DNA of 63,893 nt, the filler included, from Candidatus Desantisbacteria bacterium CG1_02_49_89 (GTDB taxonomy: Bacteria; Desantisbacteria; UBA1551), in the NCBI GenBank assembly GCA_001871075.1. It is 3 parts of 3 records of this genome, joined end to end, with 100 filler letters (N's around TTAATTAATTAA, not from the genome) between each part and the next. Parts side by side here need not be neighbours in the genome. Positions count along the whole stretch, not along the records: positions 1 to 31,488 come from MNUP01000040.1; positions 31,589 to 58,336 come from MNUP01000010.1; 1 more part is not named here. The stretch is one strand, 5' to 3'. The position numbers were made by a program, and so were the translations under genes. The notes beneath the pieces are model-generated. The model had not been told where the DNA came from and ran no database searches. It saw only the letters and a list, made by a program, of their open reading frames with translations. Positions 23,251 through 33,095 of this stretch are shown piece by piece (position 1 is the stretch's first letter; each line of letters starts with the position of its first letter).

Positions 23251-23541
23251 ATGAGCGTTGCCACGGCAATATTAAAAGCTGACCATATCGGTGTCAGGGA
23301 TCTAAAGGAGCATCTGTCTACAAAAATTCTGGGGAAAACCCTGGTTATCACGGAAAGGGGCGTTCCGGTAAGCGTTAATTTGCCATATGAAGATGTGCTG
23401 GAATTGACGGATTTACTTGATGAACTTGCAGATCCGGAAACCCTTGCAGCCGTGGCCGAAGGCAGGAAAGCAATAAACAAAGGAACCAAGGGTAGGGCAG
23501 TTTCTTTTCTTTTTGAAAGAATACAGGCAAAACGCAAATGA
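23251..23541 (+). CDS. Type II antitoxin (Phd/YefM-like)
   Basis: IGVRDLKEHLS..LVITERGVP, acidic C-terminal half, ATGA overlap with the toxin. Confidence 0.8.
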   Translation: MSVATAILKADHIGVRDLKEHLSTKILGKTLVITERGVPVSVNLPYEDVLELTDLLDELADPETLAAVAEGRKAINKGTKGRAVSFLFERIQAKRK

Positions 23542-23843
23542 CGTATGGAGTTAGATTTCCGAGTCATTCGACTGAAAATAAGTTTGAAAAAATCCTTTCC
23601 AGAATTTCTAAAAAAAACATTCAAGACGAAATTATGGATGCCGTAAAGAGTTTGGCGGGCAATCCTTTTCCTTATGGTGAAAAGCCGTTCAAGAAACTTG
23701 ATCCTCCCGTAATTTTTTACCAATTTACGGCTCAATACCGGATAAGGGTCAGAGATTACAGAATACTTTATGATGTGGACAAAGACAGAAAAATCGTGTG
23801 GGTTTTGGCTTTAAGAATACGCTCTGAAAAAACTTATAAATAA
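23538..23843 (+). CDS. relE: Type II toxin, RelE/ParE family
   Basis: Basic 101-aa protein with YRIRVRDYRILYDVD...R.EKTY. Confidence 0.88.
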   Translation: MTYGVRFPSHSTENKFEKILSRISKKNIQDEIMDAVKSLAGNPFPYGEKPFKKLDPPVIFYQFTAQYRIRVRDYRILYDVDKDRKIVWVLALRIRSEKTYK

Positions 23844-23946
23844 CCATATATTTTACAGGAAGCACGCCTGTTTCGCTACTGCTGATCTCAGATACGGCAG
23901 TAGTTTTTATTTTTAAAGCTTTCAGCTTGTTTTAATCCCTTATTTC

Positions 23947-23975
23947 TTGACTTTTTTCAATATATAAGGTATAAT
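23947..23975 (+). promoter_or_regulatory. Sigma70-like promoter upstream of tRNA-Glu
   Basis: TTGACT-17 bp-TATAAT. Confidence 0.6.
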
Positions 23976-24128
23976 ATATTATACTTTATACTTTATATAT
24001 TAAATGGTTCCGTAGTTCCCGCCTCATCGGCGGGTCGCTGTAGTGGCGACTGTGGTTCAAGGAATTTATTTTAGAATTTTATTTAACTTGCTACTTGTCA
24101 CTTGTTACTTGTCACTGTATTTGAGGAT

Positions 24129-24200
24129 GGCCCCATCGTCTATTGGTTAGGACACCGCCCTTTCAAGGCGGCGGGAGGGGTTCGACTCCCCTTGGGGCCG
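24129..24200 (+). tRNA. tRNA-Glu (anticodon TTC), CCA not encoded
   Basis: Acceptor GGCCCCA/TGGGGCC, anticodon stem CCGCC/GGCGG with loop CTTTCAA, T arm AGGGG-TTCGACT-CCCCT. Confidence 0.95.
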
Positions 24201-24498
24201 ATTTTTCCGCACAGCGGAAAATTCAGAGCAATGGAGCAATAGAGCAATAGAGAATAGAGCAATGGATAAATACAAGGCGATATTGCGGTCCATTCTCAAT
24301 TTTCTATTTTCGAAATTCTTATTTTAACCGGGAGAAAGGGGAGTCGAAAGATAACGAGCGCCACTGGTAAAGACTTTTTCACAGGGAACCCTCCACCAAG
24401 ATTGGCGGGCAGGCTTAAGAGAACTTAAAAAACTAAAAGATATCAACAATTTAGATTACGTAACTCAGGGCTTTAGCCCTGATAAAAATAGCAAACCT

Positions 24499-24526
24499 CC
24501 CTCCTTAAAGATTGGCGGGTCTACGA
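24499..24526 (+). mobile_element. Micro-element family B inserted in a REP loop. Other copies: 2698-2751, 60723-60751; relatives at 24389 and 20682-20712.
   Basis: CCCTCC..AAGATTGGCGGGTCT.CGA lying between the two arms of a REP hairpin. Confidence 0.75.
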
Positions 24527-24690
24527 AAAGGTTTGCGTTACGTAAAATATAAGAAAAAAATTATAGCAGTTTAAATTCCCATAAGGTCCCTGTAAAAGTT
24601 GTATTCAGATTGTTTCCCCGCCACGAATACTTCCACCATAAGAATTGGCGGACAAGGGCGGGTCGCAATGACAGTAAAAAAGGAGGATTT

Positions 24691-25233
24691 ATGCGTAAAG
24701 TATTAGCGATGTTGATTGTCGGGGGTTTGGTGGCGGGGCTGGTGTCCGCAGGTTTCGCGGCTGAAGCGGCGAAGCCGAAGGTAAAGATATACAAGGAATG
24801 GGATTTTACGAAATCCGGCGTGGTTGACGAGTGGGCTGAGGTCATGAAGAACAACCTGGAAGCGCAGGATTCCGCGAAGTCGCTGAAACTGGAAACAACA
24901 GGGCCGGACCCGTATATTTTCTTCCCGGAGGCGGGATTCGCCGCCGAAGAATTCCCGTTCATTGTCATAAAGATGAAAGGATCGAAGGCCTCGGCCGAAA
25001 TGACCCATCAGATCTATTTCGCCACAGAGGACATGCCTGATCTTGGCGAGGACAAAGTGGTTATAGTCAAAATTAAAAAGGATCAGGCCCTTTTTAACAT
25101 CGATATGAAAAAATGCAAGAACTGGACAGGTAACTTAACCGTCCTGCGCCTTGACCCGTTCAGCGGAGTAGAAGAAGTCGGCAACATTACGGAGATCGAA
25201 TCCATAAAGATAGCGAGCGGGCCCATTGAATAA
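24691..25233 (+). CDS. Secreted single-domain galactose-binding-like (CBM-like) protein
   Basis: AGGAGG RBS, signal peptide, W.F...W...L.L.TT..DP...I.MK...IDM....W.G....LRLDP pattern shared with a domain of the giant protein. Confidence 0.65.
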   Translation: MRKVLAMLIVGGLVAGLVSAGFAAEAAKPKVKIYKEWDFTKSGVVDEWAEVMKNNLEAQDSAKSLKLETTGPDPYIFFPEAGFAAEEFPFIVIKMKGSKASAEMTHQIYFATEDMPDLGEDKVVIVKIKKDQALFNIDMKKCKNWTGNLTVLRLDPFSGVEEVGNITEIESIKIASGPIE

Positions 25234-25451
25234 CAGTTAAAGGTTAAAAGTTAAAGGTCAGTTAAATGTTGAAAGCTAAGAAATAATCAATACATACAGC
25301 TTCCCAATTTCAAGTTCAAAAGCTTTCAAGCTTAATAACCTATAATCCATTGTTTGAAGATTATAGTTTATATGTATTTTATTTAACCGCGAAACCATTA
25401 AGCCATTAATCCTTAATCTATTAATCTAATATATTCAATTGAAGGGGACTG

Positions 25452-28322
25452 ATGGATATAATAGACTATATCAAGTATATTGAGAGGAACGATGAGAATG
25501 CGGTCTATATAGACTCCATCAAGGGCAACGAGGCGAAATACGGTGATGTTAAGCTGCACCCATCAATAAAAAAAGCCCTTGCATCCAAAGGCATAGAAAA
25601 GCTGTATTCGCACCAGGCAGAAGCCATAAGGCTCATAAGGGACGGCAGGAGCGTCGCTATTACAACTCCTTCGGCAAGCGGTAAAACGTATTGTTTTAAT
25701 ATCCCAATCCTGGAAACAATAATATCAGACCCGCAGGCAAAAGCGCTTTATATCTATCCCCTTAAGGCGCTCGCGCAGGACCAGCTTAAAAATCTTAATG
25801 AATTGGTTAAAAGTTTAAGGTTAAAGGTTGAAGGTTCAAACCAAGACTATGAGATAGCGAAGATATATGACGGGGATACGAATTCCTATCAGAGGACCAA
25901 GATAAAGAACGACCCGCCTAACATAATAATGACCAACCCCGACATGCTGCACCTGGGATTACTTCCTTTCCACGAACAGTGGTCCGGATTCTTCAGCAAC
26001 CTGAAATACGTAGTTATCGACGAAGCGCATTACTATTACGGAGTGCTTGGCAGCCACGTTGCCAACGTTATCAGGCGGCTGCGCAGGGTGCTGAAGCATT
26101 ACGGCGCCAACCCGCAGTTCATCGCGTGCTCAGCCACTCTTGCCAATCCGGAAGAATTCATCGAACGCCTTGCAGGCGTCCCTTTTTCCGCGGTGAAGGA
26201 AAGCGGATACCCCAATTACACCAAACACCTGGTTTTCTGGAAGACGACCGGAAGCGCCTACGCGGACGCCGAATCCCTGTTCAGCGAAAGCGTGAAAAGA
26301 GGGCTGAAAACGATCCTTTTCGCTAAGTCGCGCCTTGTCACCGAGCTCATACACACCTGGGTTAAGATGGGCGCCAGGACAGGCAAGGAAAAAGTAAGCG
26401 CTTACAGGGCGGGATACCTCGCGGACGAAAGAAGGGAAATAGAAAGCGAGCTGTTCGGCGGCAATATATCAGGCGTTATTTCCACAAGCGCTCTTGAGCT
26501 GGGCGTTGACATCGGGAAACTCGACGTGTGCATACTGCTGGGTTATCCCGGGAGCATGATGTCCTTCTTCCAGCGCATAGGCAGGGTGGGCAGGAGGGAT
26601 AAGGAATCGCTGGCGGTCATGATAGCCCTTGAAGAGCCGCTGAACCAGTACCTGATAGCGCACGCTGAGGATTTCCTCAAAAGAGAGGTTGAAGCGATAG
26701 TCGTCGATCCTTATAACAGGGAGATCTTCAAAAAGCATTTGCAGTGCGCGGCAAGCGAGGTTCCGCTGGAGGACGGCGATGACTGCTACGGGCAGAAAAT
26801 GCTCCCGGCGCTCAAGGAACTATGCAGAGACGGGCTTGTTGCCCAGTCAGACACCGGGACAAAATGGTTCAACCAGGGCAAGCGCCATCCGCAAAGGGAT
26901 ATAAGCCTGCGCAGCGTGGACGAGCAATACAGCATAATAGACGAGGGAACGGGAAAGACCATCGGGACCGCGGAGACGTCGCGGGTTTTTTACGAGTGCT
27001 ATGAAGGCGCGATATACCTGCACCGGGCGGAGCAATACCTTGTCAGGAAACTGGACTTCGCCAATAAGAACGTTTTGGCCGGGAAAGTCATTGTGGATTA
27101 TTACACGGGCGACCTCGGCAGGGAGGACATCGCGGTCCTCAGCAGGATAGGGTCAAGGCAGGCAGGCGGCCTGTCGCTGAACTACGGGGAGGTTATCGTT
27201 ACCAAACAGGTAACCGGATACGCGAAGAAGCAGTTAAGGACCGGAAGGCTCATAAGCAAACACGCGCTCGATATGCCCCCGCTGAAATTCACCACCAAGG
27301 CGCTGTGGCTTGAGATACCAAGCAGGTACAGCGAAGAACCCGATTTTCCCGGAGGCCTGCACGCGATAGAGCACGCGGTGATATCGCTCTTCCCGCTGTT
27401 CGTCCTGTGCGACAGGAACGACATAGGCGGGATGTCCACTCCCCTGGACACGGACACGGGTAAGCCGTGCATTTTCGTATACGACGCTTACCCCGGGGGC
27501 GTTGGGCTTGCGGAAACTGCCTATCACAGGATAGAGAACATACTGCGCGAGGCGTACAGGTTCATCGCGGGCTGCGAGTGCGATGACGGGTGCCCGTCCT
27601 GCATACAGGACCCCAGATGCGGCAACAACAACAAACCGCTGAGCAAGGATATGGCTTTGCGGCTCCTGGAAGGATGGACGCAGAACCTGGACGTGATGGA
27701 CCCGGCGTCAATGGATGACCGGGAAATAAAGGTCAGCCCGGTCAGGGCCGGAAAAATCAAGGCCGTGGAGGAAATAAAGATACCCGTAGACGAGATCCTG
27801 TTCTACGACCTTGAAACCCAGAAAAGCGCGGAGCAGGTAGGGGGATGGGATAACAAGCACCTTATGAAAATGTCGGTAAGTGTTGCGTGCTGCGGTTCCT
27901 GGAAGGAGAAATTCAGGGTTTACCGAGAAGAAGATATAAGGAAGCTCATGAAGGATCTGCGAGCCGCAAAACTGATAGTCGGCTTCAATATAATAAATTT
28001 TGATCTGGAAGTTCTGAGGCCCTATATGAATAACGGAGACCTGGACAGCCTCCCGGTATTTGACATACTTAAAACGGTTTATGAAAAGCTGAGGCGGCGC
28101 ATCAGCCTGAACAGCCTCGCGATGGCGACTCTTGAGAAGGGCAAGATGGCTGACGGCCTTCAGGCGATAACTTGGTTTGAGCAGGGCGATTTTGATAACC
28201 TTATAACTTACTGCAGGGCTGACGTGGAGCTTACCCGCGACCTGTTCAAGTTCGGCCGCGATAATGGGTACATAAAGTTCGAATACCAGTCTGAAAGGGT
28301 GAGATTGCCGGTGGAGTGGTGA
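25452..28322 (+). CDS. DEAH-box helicase with DUF1998 Zn domain fused to a C-terminal RNase H-like/DEDD exonuclease (MrfA/YprA + MrfB/YprB-like)
   Basis: SASGKT, TNPDMLH, DEAH, SAT, ALELGVDIG, QRIGRVGR, CECDDGCPSC..C, then FYDLETQ, GFNIINFD and YCRADV. Confidence 0.92.
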   Translation: MDIIDYIKYIERNDENAVYIDSIKGNEAKYGDVKLHPSIKKALASKGIEKLYSHQAEAIRLIRDGRSVAITTPSASGKTYCFNIPILETIISDPQAKALYIYPLKALAQDQLKNLNELVKSLRLKVEGSNQDYEIAKIYDGDTNSYQRTKIKNDPPNIIMTNPDMLHLGLLPFHEQWSGFFSNLKYVVIDEAHYYYGVLGSHVANVIRRLRRVLKHYGANPQFIACSATLANPEEFIERLAGVPFSAVKESGYPNYTKHLVFWKTTGSAYADAESLFSESVKRGLKTILFAKSRLVTELIHTWVKMGARTGKEKVSAYRAGYLADERREIESELFGGNISGVISTSALELGVDIGKLDVCILLGYPGSMMSFFQRIGRVGRRDKESLAVMIALEEPLNQYLIAHAEDFLKREVEAIVVDPYNREIFKKHLQCAASEVPLEDGDDCYGQKMLPALKELCRDGLVAQSDTGTKWFNQGKRHPQRDISLRSVDEQYSIIDEGTGKTIGTAETSRVFYECYEGAIYLHRAEQYLVRKLDFANKNVLAGKVIVDYYTGDLGREDIAVLSRIGSRQAGGLSLNYGEVIVTKQVTGYAKKQLRTGRLISKHALDMPPLKFTTKALWLEIPSRYSEEPDFPGGLHAIEHAVISLFPLFVLCDRNDIGGMSTPLDTDTGKPCIFVYDAYPGGVGLAETAYHRIENILREAYRFIAGCECDDGCPSCIQDPRCGNNNKPLSKDMALRLLEGWTQNLDVMDPASMDDREIKVSPVRAGKIKAVEEIKIPVDEILFYDLETQKSAEQVGGWDNKHLMKMSVSVACCGSWKEKFRVYREEDIRKLMKDLRAAKLIVGFNIINFDLEVLRPYMNNGDLDSLPVFDILKTVYEKLRRRISLNSLAMATLEKGKMADGLQAITWFEQGDFDNLITYCRADVELTRDLFKFGRDNGYIKFEYQSERVRLPVEW

Positions 28323-28505
28323 TTACTTTAATTATGAATTATGAGTTATGAATTATGAGTGAAGGAATCACAACGATTACAAACTGCAATTTTAAAGTTA
28401 TTCCAAAAGATCTCTACGAAATAGATACTAATTTTAAAATAAACATCCTCACAGTTGATTCATAATTCATCATTCATAACTCATAATTAATTCTGGGAGG
28501 GAAAT

Positions 28506-29354
28506 ATGGATACTCGGGCTCCCGCTGTGGCGGGGCAGTTTTATGACGGGACCGCGGAAGGGCTGAAGTTACAGCTGGATAAATGTTTCATGCACAGAGT
28601 AGGGGTGAAGAAGATCCCTGTGCTGAACCCGGACGGCGAAAGGAAGATCCTGGGTATCGTAAGCCCTCACGCCGGATACACGTATTCCGGCCCTGTTGCA
28701 GGCCACGGTTTCAGCGCCCTTGCTCAGGATGGTCCCTTAGGGACCATCATAATGATCGGGCCCAACCATCACGGCGTGGGCAAGCCGGCGGCTGTTTCAA
28801 TGGCTGATTCCTGGGAGACTCCTTTGGGAACAGTCCGGATAGACAAGGAAACAGGCGAAGCCCTGAGGGGATCCTGCCGTTTTCTTGAGGCTGACGAAAG
28901 CGCGCACAGGTTCGAGCATTCCCTTGAGGTCCAGATCCCGTTCCTGCAGTATATCTACGGGGACGCCTTTTCCATAGTGCCGGTGGCCATGATGAGCCAG
29001 GATATAAAACTCTGCAAAGAGCTGGGGAAGGGCATAGCGAAGGCGGCAGGCAAAAAAAACACGGTTATAATAGCGAGCTCTGACTTTACTCATTATGAAA
29101 TAAATGAAGTAGCGGAGCGCAAAGACGGGCAGGCAATAGAGCGCATACTTAAATTCGACATCGAGGGGCTTTTTGCAGTTATAAAGGAGATGGATATTAC
29201 CATGTGCGGGCCGGGCCCGGTCGCGGCGATGCTTTACGCCGCGAAAGAAATGGGCGCGGCAGACGCGAAACTGCTCAAATACGCCACTTCCGGGGACGTA
29301 AGCGGGGATAAATCCGCGGTTGTCGGCTACGCCTCCATCATTGTGAAAAAATAA
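28506..29354 (+). CDS. amrB: AmmeMemoRadiSam system protein B (MEMO1 family)
   Basis: RAPAVAGQFY, PHAGYTYSG, GPNH, EHSLEVQIPFLQ, SSDFTHY, MCGPGP, VVGYAS. Confidence 0.93.
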   Translation: MDTRAPAVAGQFYDGTAEGLKLQLDKCFMHRVGVKKIPVLNPDGERKILGIVSPHAGYTYSGPVAGHGFSALAQDGPLGTIIMIGPNHHGVGKPAAVSMADSWETPLGTVRIDKETGEALRGSCRFLEADESAHRFEHSLEVQIPFLQYIYGDAFSIVPVAMMSQDIKLCKELGKGIAKAAGKKNTVIIASSDFTHYEINEVAERKDGQAIERILKFDIEGLFAVIKEMDITMCGPGPVAAMLYAAKEMGAADAKLLKYATSGDVSGDKSAVVGYASIIVKK

Positions 29355-29578
29355 TTATGAATTATGAGTTATGAGTTATGAATCAACGGCATGGAATTAA
29401 TTGTCCCAAAGGGACTCCGTATCCCCGACGGTATGTCGGGGCATCGGAGTAACTCAGAGCTTTAGCTCTGATTCATAACTTTGCCCTTCGGGCAACATTC
29501 TCGTGCGGTTTTGCAGAATGTTTTCGAATTCCATAATTCATAATTCATAATTCATAACTCATAATTAAGGAGTTGGAT

Positions 29579-30103
29579 ATGCGACGATTATGGGCGCCGT
29601 GGAGGGCGAAATACATCCTGGGTTCCAAGGGTTGTAAAGGGTGTTTCCTGTGCAGGCACGCGAAAGAAAAGAAAAAAGACAGGAAGAACTACGTGATACT
29701 GCGAAGCAGGTACTGCTTTGCAATCCTAAATCTTTTTCCGTATAACAACGGCCATACGATGGTTACACCGTACAGGCATATAAGAGAAATGGAATATTTA
29801 AGTGACGCGGAAATGCTGGACTTGATAAAGACCACGTCAAGAGTGATCTCAATGCTCAAGAAAACGTTAAAGCCGCACGCCTTCAACGTGGGAATGAACC
29901 TGGGCCGCGTCGCGGGGGCGGGGCTTGAGGGCCACTTCCACATCCACATCGTCCCCAGGTGGAACGGGGATACGAACTTTATGCCGGTGATCGCGGGCAC
30001 CAAGGTCATATCGATGTCGCTCGAAGACACTTATAAAAAATTGAAAACAAAGATTTCCACCATGCAGTCCCGATATAAAACCGGGACTAAACGCAGGGGC
30101 TAA
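29579..30103 (+). CDS. HIT family hydrolase (Ap4A phosphorylase-like)
   Basis: LWAPWR, CFLC, NLFPYNNGH, HFHIHIVPRWNGDTNFM. Confidence 0.92.
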   Translation: MRRLWAPWRAKYILGSKGCKGCFLCRHAKEKKKDRKNYVILRSRYCFAILNLFPYNNGHTMVTPYRHIREMEYLSDAEMLDLIKTTSRVISMLKKTLKPHAFNVGMNLGRVAGAGLEGHFHIHIVPRWNGDTNFMPVIAGTKVISMSLEDTYKKLKTKISTMQSRYKTGTKRRG

Positions 30104-30218
30104 TGCACGAAAGCACTCCGCCCGTCTTTAAGCGGGCGAGACTTCGCCCATCTAAAAGGATGGGCGAGGAAAGCACGAAAAAAGACTTTTTCACAGGGAA
30201 CTTCGAAAGAGATTTAGA

Positions 30219-30339
30219 TTCCGTCTTACGTCGTAAGTCGTACGTCGTGCGTTTCACGTCGAACGTCGTACGTCTTGCGTCGTGCGCATGAATCTTTTAA
30301 ACGTATGACCTACGACATACGACGGTATTTACGTAAGAC
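30219..30339 (-). repeat. 121-bp heptamer-rich repeat, copy 2
   Basis: Inverted copy of 3752-3872. Confidence 0.9.
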
Positions 30340-30570
30340 ACTCGACACTAGACAAACGACTGTATTTTAAATCCCGCTCGAAGATCCCTGTAAAAGATTT
30401 TTTCAGGGCTAAAGCCCTGAGTTACCTTCTGTGTATTCAGTGATCTCAGTGGCAAAACCGTGTTAACCTGCCTGCCCGCCGCAGCTGGTCGTGCTTACAG
30501 GAGAACCCACAAATGGCGTAGGAGGGTGTTCACCTGTGGTTAAAAATGTTTTTTAGAGGAGGAATTCTTT

Positions 30571-31488
30571 ATGAAAAAAACAATGATATTTATTTTCATA
30601 TTTTCAGTGGTTGTTTTGTATTCTACGGTATGCGGGGCGGCGAAAGTTCTGGACGTGCCGGGCATAGCGGAGGCGGAGGACCCCGAATACGTCGAGCATC
30701 TTAACGGGCTGGGCAATGTTTCGGGCTGGTGGGCTTTCTGGAGCAACGGCTCCATCAGCGTCAAGTTCAGCGTAAAGGAAAACGGCCTTTACAAGCTCGC
30801 GGTGCAGGCCGCGGGGACGGCCGCGTTAAACCCCGACACGCAGGAGAAATGGCCTAAAATGCTGGTCGAGATGGAAGGCGCAAACGGCAGTTCAGAGTGG
30901 GAAGTGAAAGAGAGCATGGGAAGCCCCAAGGTTTATTACACGGACGCGCTGGTGTTTGAGAAGGGCGAATATTCAGCCCGTATTTCATTCATAAACGATT
31001 ACGGAAGAGCGGGGGAAGACAGGAATCTTTTTATTGACTGGGTGGGAATAGGCCCTGTGGCGGACCGGGACGCGAAGCCGGCGCTGACCCTGGGCGAGAA
31101 ACTGCTCCAGGAAGACAAGCAGGCAGTCGTGCCGGACTGGGTTTTTGACAGGGAAAAAACCGCAAAATCATGGAAGGTGTGGAAGGACTGCAAGCTGGAG
31201 CCGGGAAAGGAGACCCTTAAGGTTAATGCCCTGGAAAAGGAGCCGCTTGCAATGGCTCCGCGCACGGAATTCAAAGCGGAGGACCTGAGCTGGATCACGT
31301 TGGTCATGAAGGCTGACAAGGGCACAGCAGGCGAAATACTGTGGTTCGTAAAAGGAAAGTCCGGCGTCGCAAGGCATGAGTTCCCGGTCATAGCGGACAA
31401 CCAGTTCCATACATACGTGATAGATATGTTCTCAGATCCCGGGTGGGAAGGCACGGTTGAGGGGATCGCGGTGCGCCCTTCAAACGCA
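30571..31488 (+). CDS. Secreted carbohydrate-binding-module protein, truncated by the contig end; paralog of an N-terminal part of the giant protein
   Basis: Signal peptide, FINDY...DRNLFIDW (CBM60-like), shares LFIDW.GIGPV..PAL..W.FD..ADxQFH.Y.ID with the giant ORF. Confidence 0.75.
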
Positions 31489-31588
31489 NNNNNNNNNNNN
31501 NNNNNNNNNNNNNNNNNNNNNNNNNNNNNNNNTTAATTAATTAANNNNNNNNNNNNNNNNNNNNNNNNNNNNNNNNNNNNNNNNNNNN
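31489..31588. other. Artificial contig linker
   Basis: N-run + TTAATTAATTAA (stops in six frames) + N-run. Confidence 0.97.
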
Positions 31589-32327
31589 TATCTACCAGTT
31601 CCCTTATCTTTACGGTCATGTCGGAAACGACTGCCTCAACTTCGTCTGTCTGGCACCACGCCCTTGCCGAAACAGTCAGCTTATCCCCTGTCGCGCTGCT
31701 CACCACAACGCCTGTAGGCGGCTCCTTCAGGATCCTTGCGTCGGATCTGAAAACAGCCAGGATGCTGTCCGAGATCTTCGCGAAGTCTTTCCCGGAGTTG
31801 ACCTGGACAGGAATGCTTATCCTGCGTATCTTGTGGGTGCTCAAGTTCTTGATCTCGCCTGCAAGCAGCTTCGCGTTGGGGAAGATTATCCTGACGTTAT
31901 CCGGCGTATCTATGATGGTTGAGGTTATCTTTATCTCCTTGACCTCCCCTGTTTCGCCGTATACCTCAACCTGGTCCCCGGTCTGGAACGGCCGCTGTGC
32001 GAGTATCATCATTCCGGCAACGAAATTCGAAAGAGCCCCCTGGGTCGCAAGCCCGACAACAAAACCTATTATCGCCAGTCCCACGACAAGCGGAATTATA
32101 TCTATCTCGAACCTTGTCAGCGCCATTATGACAGCTATGATGATTATAACGAAAGATATGGACCCTGCGAGGAAACCGCGCGTGGCAGGCGGCATATCAG
32201 TGCGTTTCAGTATGTTGTTTATGAACACCGAAAGCAGTCTGGCAATCACCACTCCCACCAGCACGATCACTATTGCGGTGATCACGCGCCAGGTATACTG
32301 GCTCAGCGCGCTTGTCATTTCTTCCAT
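31589..32327 (-). CDS. mscS: Small-conductance mechanosensitive channel, 3' end at the gap
   Basis: GLATQGALSNFVAG, RPFQTGD, GEVKEI, PN. Three TM helices. Confidence 0.9.
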
Positions 32328-32429
32328 TGTATTATTACCTCCTTGATTATGATTACAGTGATTATTAACTAATGATTACGGTGATATTAAAATAATCACT
32401 GAAATCATCTTTAAAAAATCACTGTAATC

Positions 32430-32906
32430 TTATCTTCTCTGCATGGCGATCTTGCCGGTGCGCGCCAGCTCCTTTATGCCGAACGGCCGCAAAAGGTCCA
32501 GGAGCGTCTGCACCTTCTTCGCGTCCCCGGTGATCTCCATGATCAGGGTTTTGGGCGCAACGTCAACGACTTTGGCGCGGAAGATCTCCGCTATCTGCAT
32601 TATCTCTGACTTGGCGGCGGCATCAGCCGTGTTCACCTTCACAAGCGCCAGCTCCCTTTCAACGGAATCCGCTCCGGTAAGGTCAATAACCTTTATTATG
32701 TCAATTAATTTGTGCAGCTGTTTTATCACCTGCTCCAGCATCTTTTCGTCCACATTCACCACTATGGTCATCCGCGAAATGGACGGGTCTTCGGTTTCCC
32801 CGACGGCAAGGCTGTCTATGTTGAACCCCCTTGCGCTGAACAGGGTTGATATGCGGGCCAGGACCCCGAACTTATTTTCCACAAGGCAGCAGATCGTATG
32901 TTTCAT
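32430..32906 (-). CDS. ilvN: Acetolactate synthase small subunit
   Basis: LVENKFGVLARI, FNIDSLAVGETE, ERELALVKV, ELARTG. Confidence 0.96.
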   Translation of the reverse strand: MKHTICCLVENKFGVLARISTLFSARGFNIDSLAVGETEDPSISRMTIVVNVDEKMLEQVIKQLHKLIDIIKVIDLTGADSVERELALVKVNTADAAAKSEIMQIAEIFRAKVVDVAPKTLIMEITGDAKKVQTLLDLLRPFGIKELARTGKIAMQRR

Positions 32907-33095
32907 GTCGTTCCTCCAATTAAATTGCCCCCGCAGGTTTTTACCCCTATAGATTTTTTATGAAATCTACACACAGGGGTTCTTTGGGAATAAAACCTAT
33001 ACGCGGGGATTCTTTATGAACAAAATTAAAAATGCAAAATTACACAAACTTGAATTTTTTCCTAAATTTTTAAAACTGGATGTTGCCACTACTTT

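Noticed and set aside
22992-23735. 247-aa antisense ORF over the TA module, and the many other shadow ORFs
   Set aside because: They overlap well-supported genes and show no motifs.
5236-24200. Prophage or integrative island between tRNA-Lys and tRNA-Glu
   Set aside because: No integrase, phage genes or duplicated tRNA 3' end was found.
30103-30291. 62-aa ORF sharing SVLRRKSYVVRFTSNVVRLASCA with ORF 3800-4102
   Set aside because: Both are translations of the 121-bp repeat and neighbouring elements, not genes.
31489-31588. TTAATTAATTAA palindrome inside N-runs (also 58337-58436)
   Set aside because: Artificial six-frame-stop linker. Gene adjacency across it has no biological meaning.
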